A DNA stretch of 64,000 bases from Octopus vulgaris (GCA_951406725.2 OX597842.1:12152001-12216000); one strand, 5' to 3'; numbered from the stretch's first letter, positions 11,770 to 25,127 are shown. Program-made: numbers and translations. The notes: generated from the sequence alone by a model not told the origin.

Positions 11770-13465
11770 GGCGGTGAGCTGGCAGAGACGTTAGCACGTC
11801 GGGCGAAATGCTTAGCGGTAATTCGTCTGCATTACGTTCAAATTCCGCCGAGGTCGACTTTGCCTTTCATCCTTTCAGGGTCGATTAAATAAGTACCAGT
11901 TACGCACTGGGGTCGATGCAATCGATTTATTCCCTTTGTCTGTCCTTGTTTGTCCCCTCTGTGTTTAGCCCCTTATGGGTAGTAAAGAAATAGGTAATTC
12001 GTCTGCCGTTACGTTCTGAGTTCAAATTCCGCCGAGGTCGACTTTACCTTTCATCCTTTCGGGGGTCGATTAAATAAGTACCAGTTACGCACTGGGGTCG
12101 ATGTAATCGACTTAATCTCTTTGTCTGTCCTTGTTTGTCCCCTGTTTGTTTAGCCCCTTGTGGGTAGTAAAGAAATAGGTAATTCGTCTGCCGTTACGTT
12201 CTGAGTTCAAATTCCGCCGAGGTCGACTTTGCCTTTCATCCTTTCAGGGTCGATTAAATAAGTACCAGTTACGCACTGGGGTCGATGCAATCGATTTATT
12301 CCCTTTGTCTGTCCTTGTTTGTCCCCTCTGTGTTTAGCCCCTTGTGGGTAGTAAAGAAATAGGTAATTCGTCTGCCGTTACGTTCTGAGTTCAAATTCCG
12401 CCGAGGTCGACTTTACCTTTCATCCTTTCGGGGTCGATTAAATAAGTACCAGTTACGCACTGGGGTCGATGTAATCGACTTAATCTCTTTGTCTGTCCTT
12501 CTTTGTCCCCTGTTTGTTTAGCCCCTTGTGGGTAGTAAAGAAATAGGTAATTCGTCTGCCGTTACGTTGTGAGTTCAAATTCCGCCGAGGTCGACTTTGC
12601 CTTTCATCCTTTCAGGGTCGATTAAATAAGTACCAGTTACGCACTGGGGTCGATGCAATCGATTTATTCCCTTTGTCTGTCCTTGTTTGTCCCCTCTGTG
12701 TTTAGCCCCTTGTGGGTAGTAAAGAAATAGGTAATTCGTCTGCCGTTACGTTCTGAGTTCAAATTCCGCCGAGGTCGACTTTACCTTTCATCCTTTCGGG
12801 GTCGATTAAATAAGTACCAGTTACGCACTGGGGTCGATGTAATCGACTTAATCTCTTTGTCTGTCCTTGTTTGTCCCCTGTTTGTTTAGCCCCTTGTGGG
12901 TAGTAAAGAAATAGGTAATTCGTCTGCCGTTACGTTCTGAGTTCAAATTCCGCCGAGGTCGACTTTGCCTTTCATCCTTTCAGGGTCGATTAAATAAGTA
13001 CCAGTTACGCACTGGGGTCGATGCAATCGATTTATTCCCTTTGTCTGTCCTTGTTTGTCCCCTCTGTGTTTAGCCCCTTGTGGGTAGTAAAGAAATAGGT
13101 AATTCGTCTGCCGTTACGTTCTGAGTTCAAATTCCGCCGAGGTCGACTTTACCTTTCATCCTTTCGGGGTCGATTAAATAAGTACCAGTTACGCACTGGG
13201 GTCGATGTAATCGACTTAATCTCTTTGTCTGTCCTTGTTTGTCCCCTGTTTGTTTAGCCCCTTGTGGGTAGTAAAGAAATAGGTAATTCGCCTGCCGTTA
13301 CGTTCTGAGTTCAAATTCCGCCGAGGTCGACTTTACCTTTCATCCTTTCGGGGTCGATTAAATAAGTACCAGTTACGCACTGGGGTCGATGTAATCAACT
13401 TAATCTCTTTGTCTGTCCTTGTTTGTCCCCTGTTTGTTTAGCCCCTTGTGGGTAGTAAAGAAATA
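11770..13465 (+). repeat. Tandem array of nine ~184-bp SINE family 2 bodies behind one head
   Basis: Units start at 11817, 11993, 12178, 12362, 12546, 12730, 12914, 13098 and 13282. Variant order ABABABABB. Confidence 0.95.
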
Positions 13466-13614
13466 AGAAGCTTGCTTTCCAAACACATCGTTCCAAGTTC
13501 AGTTCCTCTGCGTGGCACCTTGGGCAAGTATCTTCTTAATACAGACTCGGGCTGACCAAACCTTGTGAGTGGATTTGGTAGACGGAAACTGAAAGAAGCA
13601 TGTCCTATATATAT

Positions 13615-13845
13615 ATTTCTTTTACTACCCACAAGGGGCTAAACGCAGAGGGGACAAACAAGGACAGACATAGGTATTAAGTCGATTACATCGACCCCAG
13701 TGCGTAACTGGTACATAATTTATCGACCCCAAAAGGATGAAAGGCAAAGTCGACCTCGGCGGAATTTGAACCCAGAACGTAACGGCAGACGAAATACGGC
13801 TACGCATTTCGCCCGCCGTGCTTACCACTCTGCCAGTTCGCCGCC
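13615..13845 (-). mobile_element. SINE family 2
   Basis: Full-length reverse-complement copy. Confidence 0.85.
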
Positions 13846-13916
13846 TTAATGTCCTATATATATATGTGTGTGTGTGTTTGTGTGTGTGTATGCCCGCGTG
13901 CGCATGTGTGTGTGTG

Positions 13917-13959
<43 letters not shown>

Positions 13960-14045
13960 GTAGTTCCCGGGTTGATTCGGGGTTAACCACAGTAAGTAAG
14001 GTACTCAATACATAGCAGAGTAAAATTAATTTATTATATAGAAGG

Positions 14046-14096
14046 AGCTTCTACAGGACTAGTACTGTTTCATTCAAGAGAAATCTTCAGGAAGCT
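14046..14096 (-). ncRNA. Type I hammerhead ribozyme (family A)
   Basis: Reverse complement reads AGCTTC-CTGAAGA-TTTCTCTTGAAT-GAAA-CAG-TACTAGTC-CTG-TA-GAAGCT. Confidence 0.85.
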
Positions 14097-14493
14097 ATTT
14101 AACAAGAATTGTATTAGCATTTATACATTTAGAGGAGTGGTGGTGGGGGACTTTTTGGGGGTAGGCATAGCGCAAAATATCATACTTGGGGAGTGGTCAA
14201 GGTAATAAAAAAATAAAATAAAAAAATAAAAAAAAAAAATAAAAAAATAAAAAGATAAAATAAAAGAATAAAAATAAAAATAAAAAATATAAAAAATATA
14301 AAAAATATAAAAAATATAAAAAATATAAAAAATATAAAAATATATATAAAAAAATATATAAAAAAATATATATATAAAATATATATATAAAAAAAGGGGG
14401 GATAGAGTTATAGGTAAATAAGGAGATTCTCACTTATACCTATACACACATGTATACGTATCTACACACACATACGCACATACACATATATCT

Positions 14494-14544
<51 letters not shown>

Positions 14545-15003
14545 CCTACACATACACACATACATACATACAAATATACATATACATATATATATATACA
14601 ATCCAATACAGGCCCATTCCCTAATTTTAATTTTATTATCTTCATTTATTACTTTTGTTATCTTTGATCGCTAAGGCTAAGAATCCTGGCAATAGCTGCT
14701 TGTCCGTTTGTCTGTCTACTAGAAGGCAAGTACTCATTCCCGCACGCACACTCATTAGCACGTACATTCACCCATTCGTACACTCATACACATACACGTA
14801 CGCACGCGTTATATTCATACATACAAACAACTACATACGTTCACGTATATACACATACGTACTCGTACCTACAGATTCGTGTCTACACTTTAGGAGGCTA
14901 GTCTATACATATACACCAATAAATATACATATATATATATATACATATATACCCGCACATACATACACACACACACATATATACTCCTACATACAGATAC
15001 ATA

Positions 15004-15051
<48 letters not shown>

Positions 15052-15251
15052 TATATATATATACATACATACACATACATACACATACACACATACACAC
15101 ACATACATACACATATATATACATACCCAAACATATATACACACACATATATATACATACACACATACACACATACATACGTATACATACATACATACAT
15201 CTATACATCCATACTTACATGCATTTATACGCATACACACACCCATCTATA

Positions 15252-15288
<37 letters not shown>

Positions 15289-15567
15289 TCACACATACAT
15301 ATACAAGTCTACGCACACACATACATACATACACGTATACGCATACACGCACATACACATATACATGCGTACCCATACACGTGCACACACGCACGCGCAT
15401 CCATATAAATACACACACACACATATATATATACACGTGTGCAAGCATACATACATACTCATACGCGCACACATACTTACAAATACATATATGCACACAC
15501 TTACACACATATATATACATACACATATACATGCATACATACATATATGCATACATACACACACACA

Positions 15568-15629
<62 letters not shown>

Positions 15630-15937
15630 TACATACATAGACACATATACACATACATACACATACACATACGTACACACACATATACACATATATATAT
15701 ATACATATATATATATATACACATATACGCATACATATATACACATATACATACATATACATACACACACACATACATATATACATATACACTGATACAC
15801 ATACCCATACATACACATGCATATACTTATATTACTACATACTCACATTTATAGACATATATACATATACACACATACATATATACATGTACATACACAT
15901 ACGCATGCATATATATATATATACATACATATATATA

Positions 15938-15968
<31 letters not shown>

Positions 15969-16251
15969 ACATACACACACACACACACATACATATACAC
16001 ATATACATGTATACATACGCAAAAATGATACGCATATATACACATACACACACACAGACAGATGCATATACATACATATATATATATATATAAACTACAT
16101 ATCTATATAAATACATACATAATACACATATACACACACATATATATACATTCATGCATATACATATACAAGTATACATACACAAACATACACACACACG
16201 CGCACACATACATATACACACACACATATACAAATACATACATACACACAT

Positions 16252-16289
<38 letters not shown>

Positions 16290-16415
16290 ATACATACATG
16301 TACACATATACATATGTATATATATATCAACAAGGGGGGGTAAAGTTAATTAGTTATTAATCAATTTCATCAAGTGTTCAGTATGTAAAGGGACCATTAT
16401 TATTTTGAGTAAACA

Positions 16416-17487
16416 ATGTTAGACCCCAGGACCACGGATGGGTTCCGGAAAAATCTTCACACCTTCTTTAAAAACTTAGGCCTTAGGATTACCCTAGAAT
16501 CCAACTTAACTAAGGCTAACTTCCTAGATGTCACCCTCGACTTAAAAACCTCACTTTATTACCCGTACCACAAACCAAATGAATCCCTTAGATATATAGA
16601 TATCAATTCCAACCACCCCAGAAATATATTAGATAACCTAGTAAAAAGTGTCTCAATTAGAATCTCTAGCCTGTCCGCCACGGAAGATATCTTTAAGGCC
16701 GCAGCCCCCTATTACAACGAGGCCCTGGCCCGTAGTGGTTTTAAAGATAAGATTACCTACACTAGTATAGCCCCACGCCAACCCAGGAAAAATAGACGAA
16801 GACACATTAGCTGGTATAACCCCCCTTCAACCGTGAGGTCGCTACACCTGTAGCTAAGATCTTTTTCACTCTCCTACAGAAACACTTCCCCACCCAACAT
16901 AAGTACTACACTATCCTAAATAAGAACACTATTAGACTCTCCTACTCTACCACGCCCAACCTAGCCAGGAACTTAGCCAACAACAATGTGAAAAAACTTA
17001 ACATATCTACTTTCTCCGGGGCCCATCCAACGTCCGATAGCAATTGCAACTGCCATGATAAAACCACCTGCCCCTCAACAACAACTGCCTACAGAGGGAC
17101 CTAGTATATAAATGCGAGGTAAGATCAGGCCTTGACGATAAAAGTAAATCCTACATTGGAATGACGTCAAACAGCTTTAAGACCCGCTGGTATGCACATA
17201 CACACTCGTTCCGGCGACAGGATAAATCCAACCAAACTACCCTCGCCGCCCACATCTGGTACCTTAAAAGGAACTCAATCCCCTTCAAGACCAAGTGGAA
17301 ACTACTACAGAAGGCGCGCTCGTACACAGGAGGACATACCTGCTGTGACCTATGCATATCAGAGAGCCTAGAGATCTTGTTCGCCAAAGGCCCTCTCCTT
17401 AACAAATTTTCAGAACACTCCCCAAACTGTATGCATAAGAAGTATGCGAACTACAAGAACTATAGACCTACCCGGCAACCTGATTGA
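16416..17487 (+). pseudogene. PLE ORF C-terminal half: RT thumb, linker and GIY-YIG endonuclease, with two single-base frameshifts
   Basis: NFLDVTLDL..PYHKPN..SNHP..WYNPP / FNREV..KHFP..NTIRLSYS..CNCHDKTTCP / LNNNCL..LVYKCEV..YIGMT..FKTR..H..SF..CDLCISE..LLNK..CMH. Frameshifts fall in C-runs at ~16820-16825 and ~17071-17074. Confidence 0.92.
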
Positions 17488-18158
17488 TGACAACCCCCCT
17501 ACAACCCCCCAACCCCACTGTTCCCCTAGCACCCCCGATTACCTTTTCTCCTAAGACCTTTCACATATTATATGTGCACGCATATTATATGTGCACGCTT
17601 GTATATGTGTATCGTATGTATGTATGTATATATGTATAGAAATGCATGGGTACAGTAGGAATATACGCATGTATTATGTGTGTGTGTGTGTATGTATGCA
17701 TGTAAAAAAATATATATGTATATATGTTTGCATGTATATATATATATATATATGTGTATATATATGTGTATATATATGTATATATATATGTATGTGCTTG
17801 TATGTGTGTGTGTGTGTATATGTGTATATGTGTTTGTATGTATATGTGTATATATGTATATGCATATGTATGTGTAAATGTATGTGCTTATGTATGTGTA
17901 TGTATGTATAAAATATTATATAATTAGGGCTTAGGAAAATAAAATAAATTACTTTGCCACATACTAAACTTTCTAGAAATAGCAGCCAATAAAGTTTTTT
18001 AGCCTCTTCCACTACTTAGAGAATTTTTTTCCCTCTAACATTGTTTACTCAAAATAATAATGGTCCCTTTACATACTGAACACTTGATGAAATTGATTAA
18101 TAACTAATTAACTTTACCCCCCTTGTTGATATATATATACATATGTATATGTGTACAT

Positions 18159-18206
<48 letters not shown>

Positions 18207-18491
18207 ATGTGTGTATGTATGTATTTGTATATGTGTGTGTGTATATGTATGTGTGCGCGTGTGTGTGTATGTTTGTGTATGTATACTTGTATATGTATAT
18301 GCATGAATGTATATATATGTGTGTGTATATGTGTATTATGTATGTATTTATATAGATATGTAGTTTATATATATATATATATATGTATGTATATGCATCT
18401 GTCTGTGTGTGTGTATGTGTATATATGCGTATCATTTTTGCGTATGTATACATGTATATGTGTATATGTATGTGTGTGTGTGTGTGTATGT

Positions 18492-18522
<31 letters not shown>

Positions 18523-18832
18523 TATATATATGTATGTATATATATATATATATGCATGCGTATGTGTATGTACATGTATATATGTATGTGTGTATATGTA
18601 TATATGTCTATAAATGTGAGTATGTAGTAATATAAGTATATGCATGTGTATGTATGGGTATGTGTATCAGTGTATATGTATATATGTATGTGTGTGTGTA
18701 TGTATATGTATGTATATGTGTATATATGTATGCGTATATGTGTATATATATATATATGTATATATATATATGTGTATATGTGTGTGTACGTATGTGTATG
18801 TGTATGTATGTGTATATGTGTCTATGTATGTA

Positions 18833-18901
<69 letters not shown>

Positions 18902-19169
18902 ATGTATGCATATATGTATGTATGCATGTATATGTGTATGTATATATATGTGTGTAAGTGTGTGCATATATGTATTTGTAAGTATGTGTGCGCGTATGAG
19001 TATGTATGTATGCTTGCACACGTGTATATATATATGTGTGTGTGTGTATTTATATGGATGCGCGTGCGTGTGTGCACGTGTATGGGTACGCATGTATATG
19101 TGTATGTGCGTGTATGCGTATACGTGTATGTATGTATGTGTGTGCGTAGACTTGTATATGTATGTGTGA

Positions 19170-19208
<39 letters not shown>

Positions 19209-19408
19209 TATAGATGGGTGTGTGTATGCGTATAAATGCATGTAAGTATGGATGTATAGATGTATGTATGTATGTATACGTATGTATGTGTGTATGTGTG
19301 TATGTATATATATGTGTGTGTATATATGTTTGGGTATGTATATATATGTGTATGTATGTGTGTGTATGTGTGTATGTGTATGTATGTGTATGTATGTATA
19401 TATATATA

Positions 19409-19460
<52 letters not shown>

Positions 19461-19919
19461 TATGTATCTGTATGTAGGAGTATATATGTGTGTGTGTGTA
19501 TGTATGTGCGGGTATATATGTATATATATATATATGTATATTTATTGGTGTATATGTATAGACTAGCCTCCTAAAGTGTAGACACGAATCTGTAGGTACG
19601 AGTACGTATGTGTATATACGTGAACGTATGTAGTTGTTTGTATGTATGAATATAACGCGTGCGTACGTGTATGTGTATGAGTGTACGAATGGGTGAATGT
19701 ACGTGCTAATGAGTGTGCGTGCGGGAATGAGTACTTGCCTTCTAGTAGACAGACAAACGGACAAGCAGCTATTGCCAGGATTCTTAGCCTTAGCGATCAA
19801 AGATAACAAAAGTAATAAATGAAGATAATAAAATTAAAATTAGGGAATGGGCCTGTATTGGATTGTATATATATATATGTATATGTATATTTGTATGTAT
19901 GTATGTGTGTATGTGTAGG

Positions 19920-19970
<51 letters not shown>

Positions 19971-20353
19971 AGATATATGTGTATGTGCGTATGTGTGTGT
20001 AGATACGTATACATGTGTGTATAGGTATAAGTGAGAATCTCCTTATTTACCTATAACTCTTTCCCCCCTTTTTTTATATATATATTTTATATATATATTT
20101 TTTTATATATTTTTTTATATATATTTTTTATATTTTTTATATTTTTTATATTTTTTATATTTTTTATATTTTTTATTTTTATTTTTATTCTTTTATTTTA
20201 TCTTTTTATTTTTTTTTTTTTATTTTTTTATTTTATTTTTTTATTACCTTGACCACTCCCCCAAGTATGATATTTTGCGCTATGCCTACCCCCAAAAAGT
20301 CCCCCACCACCACTCCTCTAAATGTATAAATGCTAATACAATTCTTGTTAAAT

Positions 20354-20404
20354 AGCTTCCTGAAGATTTCTCTTGAATGAAACAGTACTAGTCCTGTAGA
20401 AGCT
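20354..20404 (+). ncRNA. Type I hammerhead ribozyme (family A) at the element 3' end
   Basis: Stem I AGCTTC/GAAGCT, core CTGAAGA, stem II TTC-TCTT-GAA, GAAA, stem III CAG/CTG, GUA triplet (predicted cut after 20398). Confidence 0.85.
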
Positions 20405-20694
20405 CCTTCTATATAATAAATAAATATATATATATATATATATATTCTGTTATTCTGTTATTCTTTTACTTGTTTCAGTCATTTGATTGCGGTCATGCTG
20501 GAGTACCGCCTTTAGTCGTACGAATCGACCCAATGATCGGGTGCTGGTAATGGTGATCCGGTTCACCATTAGCATCTCATTAGCTCTTTGTTCTTCTTTG
20601 GTGCACATTGCTACTGGAGCGGCCATGCTAACAACTGACCATCGCTTGACAACATACATATATACATACATACATACATACATACATACATACT

Positions 20695-20725
<31 letters not shown>

Positions 20726-20728
<3 letters not shown>

Positions 20729-20924
20729 GGTCCCGGGTTGATTCGGGGTTAACCACAGTAAGTAAGGTACTCAATACATAGCAGAGTAAAATTAATTTAT
20801 TATATAGAAGGAGCTTCTACAGGACTAGTACTGTTTCATTCAAGAGAAATCTTCAGGAAGCTTCCTGAAGATTTCTCTTGAATGAAACAGTACTAGTCCT
20901 GTAGAAGCTCCTTCTATATAATAA

Positions 20925-20926
<2 letters not shown>
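20726..20926. mobile_element. Mini foldback of family A: 132-bp perfect palindrome of two HHRs plus a 69-nt extension
   Basis: Palindrome 20795-20926 centred on AAG|CTT. HHRs at 20812-20862 (-) and 20859-20909 (+). (TA)n on both sides. Confidence 0.9.
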
Positions 20927-20965
<39 letters not shown>

Positions 20966-20991
20966 CGAGAGAGAGACCGATAGATAGATAG

Positions 20992-21031
<40 letters not shown>

Positions 21032-21196
21032 GACGGGCTTCTTTCAGTTTCTGTCTACAAAACCAACTGACAAGGCTTTGGTCGGCCCGAGGTTATAGTA
21101 GAAAGCATTTGTCCGAGGTGCCACGCAGTGGGATTGAACCTGGAACCATGTGACTGGGAAGTAGGCTTCTTACACACAGTCGCTCCTGCACCTATA

Positions 21197-21231
<35 letters not shown>

Positions 21232-21233
<2 letters not shown>

Positions 21234-21505
21234 CTTTATAAAAATAGGGTAAAGTAAAATAATTTATTTTACCACACAAAGAGCTTTTTAGAAATAGCAG
21301 CCAAAAATTTGGCTATTTCTTCTACTGCAAGAAAAGCCTCCCAGTCAATGCATACTCAGAAAATAACTCACATAGGTATAAGGGAAAAACGACGAAAGAT
21401 CACATCCATATAAGATACCCGAGGACAGCCTGTTTCTGGGTTTATTTCAAACATACCGTAAATGGTCGTTTTACATACCGAACACTGCTCAGTCGAATTA
21501 ATTAT
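21232..21505 (+). mobile_element. Diverged relative of the PLE 3' UTR
   Basis: Shares tagaaatagcagccaa and atggtc..tttacatac.gaacact with 17940-18090. Confidence 0.55.
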
Positions 21506-21529
21506 ATTTTTCTATTATTTTTTTTTTTT

Positions 21530-21921
21530 TACTTGTTTCAGTCATTTGACTGCGGCCATGCTGGAGCACCGCCTTTAGTCGAGCAAATCGACACCGGGAC
21601 TTATTCTTTGTAAGCCCAGTACTTATTATATCGGTCTCTTTTTGCCGAACCGCTAAGTGACGGGGACGTAAACACACCAGCATCGGTTGTCAAGCAATGC
21701 TAGGGAGACAAACACAGACACACAAACATACACACACATATACATATATACATATATACGACAGGCTTCTTTCAGTTTCCGTCTACCAAATCCACTCACA
21801 AGGCCTTGGTCGGCCGGAGGCTATAGTAGAATACACTCGCCCAAGATGCCACGCAGTGGGACTGAACCCGGAACCATGTGGTTGGTTAGCAAGCTACTTA
21901 CCACACAGCCACTCCTGCGCC
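21530..21921 (-). mobile_element. SINE family 1
   Basis: Full-length reverse complement. Confidence 0.9.
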
Positions 21922-22734
21922 TATATATATATAGTTATGTATGTATGTATGTATGTACGTATGTATGTATGTATGTATGTATGTATGTATGTATGTATGT
22001 ATGTATGTATGTATGTATGTATGTATGTATATATGTATGTATGTATAGGACAAAACACTCAAACGAATTCTTCGCTGTGCATGAAGAATATCCGTGCAAA
22101 CGAAATTATTGATAATCTAAGGGAGATAAACTATTATTCCATAGAAAGAGTTATGTCCCCGGCTGATAAACCGTAATAACTTCATATTAAGGGTTTAAAT
22201 AATCAAAATGAACATAATTTTTTCAGAACGAGGCAAGTCGTCTGCCGCACAAACTGTGTAGAAATGTTGTATGTATACGTACATATCTACACATACCTTC
22301 CTTTCGTCTTTGGTTGCGTTGCTTTCGCGTATTCCCATGACTTACTATCGCTGTCCAATTCCATTTTTATGAATTTCCATTGGGAGATCGAACTTTTCAT
22401 TACGTGAAATTTTTCATTACGCAACCATGGACACCATCCCTCTGGATGCATTGTAGTTACTCCCTTAATAGAGCCTGGTGATCTTTACTGTTGATCTACT
22501 CGGTTTCTTCTGCTCAGCATCATGGTAAGAAGCACTGTTGAGCTCTTCCTATTCCCATTCACACTCCGACGTGCTGCAGTCTCATGGCATTGCTGGATAA
22601 CGGAAGGTATGCCTTGCCAAGAGGCACCCGTAACTTTGCAGGCCACGGTCAGCACCCTGTGCGCTTTCACCCGCTGGTTACATCATCATGAACATCACCT
22701 CTATGGACATTTTGTAATTACTGCCTTCATAGAG

Positions 22735-23525
22735 TTTGGTCAGCCTGTAATGATATGCATAAGATCTGGTCATCAAATCTAAGTAGAGACTTCAAACTTA
22801 AAATCTTCAAAGCCACAGTTGAACCAATTCTACTCTATGGCTCAGAAACCTGGACGTTATCAAAGACGCTTGAGAGGCGGTTGGATGGAACTTACACTCG
22901 CCTCCTTATGAGAGCTCAAAATCTCTCGTGGAGGCACCATCCAACCAAAATGCAAATATATGGGAAACTACCACCTGTATCATCTCTTGTGAAAGGTAGG
23001 AGAGTCCAGTTTGCTGGACATTGTTGTAGAGCTGAAAACAAGGTAATTTCTACTCTTCTCCTCTGGAAGCCACCTACTCGCGATACCAGAGGGCGCACAC
23101 TCTTCTACCCTGATGTAATATCCAGGGATACAGGCATCCAGCAACAGGACCTCCGTAATGCCATGATGGACCGTGAGGTCTGGCGTAACATAGTAAATTC
23201 CATTGTCTCTCGTGGAGGCGCCATCCAACCAAAATGCAAATATATGGGAAACTACCACCTGTGTCATCTCTTGTGAAAGGTAGGAGAGTCCAGTTTGCTG
23301 GACATTGTTGTAGAGCTAAAAACAAGGTAATTTCTACTCTTCTCCTCTGGAAGCCATCTACTCGCAATACCAGAGGGCGCACACTCTCCTACCCTGATGT
23401 AATCTCCAGGGATACAGGCATCCAGCAACAGGGCCTCCGTAGTGCCATGATGGACCGTGAAGTCTGGCGTAACATAGTAAATTCCATTGTCTCGACAACG
23501 GTCGAACAATGATGATGAAGATGAG
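22735..23525 (+). mobile_element. 3' end of an RTE-clade LINE with a 284-bp internal tandem duplication
   Basis: KIFKATVEPILLYGSETWTL..RRLDGTYTRLL..FAGHC..MMDREVWR. Duplicated units start at 22922 and 23206. (TGA)n-like tail. Confidence 0.85.
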
Positions 23526-23807
23526 AGTTTGGTGAACCTGATCTAAGAAGCACCAGTTGATCTCTTCAGATACATCTTCACAACCCGCCACATTTCAGTT
23601 CCATCAGCTCACCGTATCCATAACAGGGTGGCTGAAAGGGTGTTATACCTCGCTAAAGAGTACTCTGTAACAAAGTAGAGCACAATGTGGTCACTCAGTT
23701 AGCATTCATTTCCTGATTACACAACGATGGACGCCACCCCTCTGGATGCATTGCAGTTACCCGTTTGATACAGCTTGGTAATGTTGACCCTCGAACTCGG
23801 TTGAAAG

Positions 23808-23943
23808 TGTAACGACGGCTGCTACTGAAAGGACCCCGCGAAGGGTGTACTTCAAAACGTTACTTCCAGGCTCCTCTCAGGAAGAGAGAACGGAAAAGAT
23901 TTACGGGCAGAGACCCTTAAAATGAATAAGGTAACGAGTTACT
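23808..23943 (-). repeat. 136-bp LTR-like repeat, inverted relative to 25700-25835
   Basis: TGTAAC...GTTAC termini; reverse complement of the 25700 copy. Confidence 0.6.
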
Positions 23944-24364
23944 CAGCATCAATGTATAAAAAGCACAATTGACTCAGCTGAGATTTTCATTTACCTCTTC
24001 ACACTCCGTCACAATTCCATGACTTCGTCGTGTCCCTGGCAGGGTGTCTGAACCGGTGCTACCATAAACACCACCCTTATGGATATGGACATGCTAAAAC
24101 TTGGTGGTCGGGACCGTTGATATTCTAGGATTCCTCGGCTCGGGATGAAGCACGACTTGCTCAGTTGAGCTCTCGCATTACCTCTTCACTCTCCACCGTG
24201 CTGCAGTCCCATAACTTCCCTGTATTCCTGAGAGCGTGGTTGAACGTGTGATGTTCCTTGCCAAAGGCCAGACCGTAACAATGGGAGGAGCGATCGTCAC
24301 TCTGTGAGCTTTCATTAGTCGATTACGCACACACACACACACACACAAGGCACATACACACACA

Positions 24365-24405
<41 letters not shown>

Positions 24406-24723
24406 TCACACACATACACAGTCACACAAACCCAGATGTGTGTGTGTGTGTGTGTGTGTGTGAGTGTGTGTGAGAGTGTGTATATGTGTGCGTGTGTGTG
24501 TACATATATATGTATGTATGTATGTATGTATGCATGTACGTTTGTATATATTATTATCGAATATGGAAACAGATCTAATGGATACTAATTAATTTCTTAA
24601 TCAATTAAGATATTCACCAAATGAATCATATACGTGTGTATATATATATATATATATGTGTGTGCGCGCGCGTGCGTGTGCATGTGTAAATATATATACA
24701 TGCACACACACACACACACATAA

Positions 24724-25127
24724 TCTTTATATATAAAACTAAAGTTGTGTGTGTGTGTGTCTGTCTACTCCGATTTAGATTCCTAACTACTCCCACATTT
24801 TGCGGTGCAGTTCAACCAAAACCGGGTATCTTATAGTCGTGATTCATATCGAGCCCTTCTGGGTATTAGCGCGCGTCTACGATGAGTCAACGATTTAAAA
24901 AAAAATTTACCATCATTTTTTCCATTTTAATGCATATTTTTTTAAATATAAGGGAAGTAACTCTCTAAAAATGTCTACGATGAGTCTACGATTTTAAAAA
25001 AAATTACCACCATTTTTCCGCATTTTTAATGATTTTTGCTCGGGTTATATAACGAAAGTAACTCTCTAAAAATGCTTATATAGTTATTTCCCTTACAAAC
25101 CCGAGCAACGCCGGGCGATACTGCTAG
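24724..25127 (+). mobile_element. Non-autonomous Helitron
   Basis: A|TC ... hairpin ... CTAG|T. Confidence 0.85.

Larger units (their letters stand above)
13960..20421 (+). mobile_element. 5'-truncated Penelope-like retroelement (Naiad-type) with inverted ~2.4-kb arms, inserted in (TA)n
   Basis: Arms 14029-16423 and 18034-20421 are near-perfect reverse complements. The left arm has a 69-nt extension (13960-14028). RT/GIY-YIG coding sequence lies between the arms, and each arm has an HHR near its outer end. Confidence 0.92.

Noticed and set aside
11770-13465. CRISPR-like or tRNA-gene array
   Set aside because: No unique spacers and no cloverleaf; the units are SINE bodies.
14655-15854. 399-aa ORF and its mirror at 18667-19809
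   Set aside because: YIHT-rich translation of microsatellites in the PLE arms; not a credible protein.
17044-17600. Selenocysteine/SECIS Naiad variant
   Set aside because: No in-frame TGA in the reconstructed frame and no SECIS recognised.
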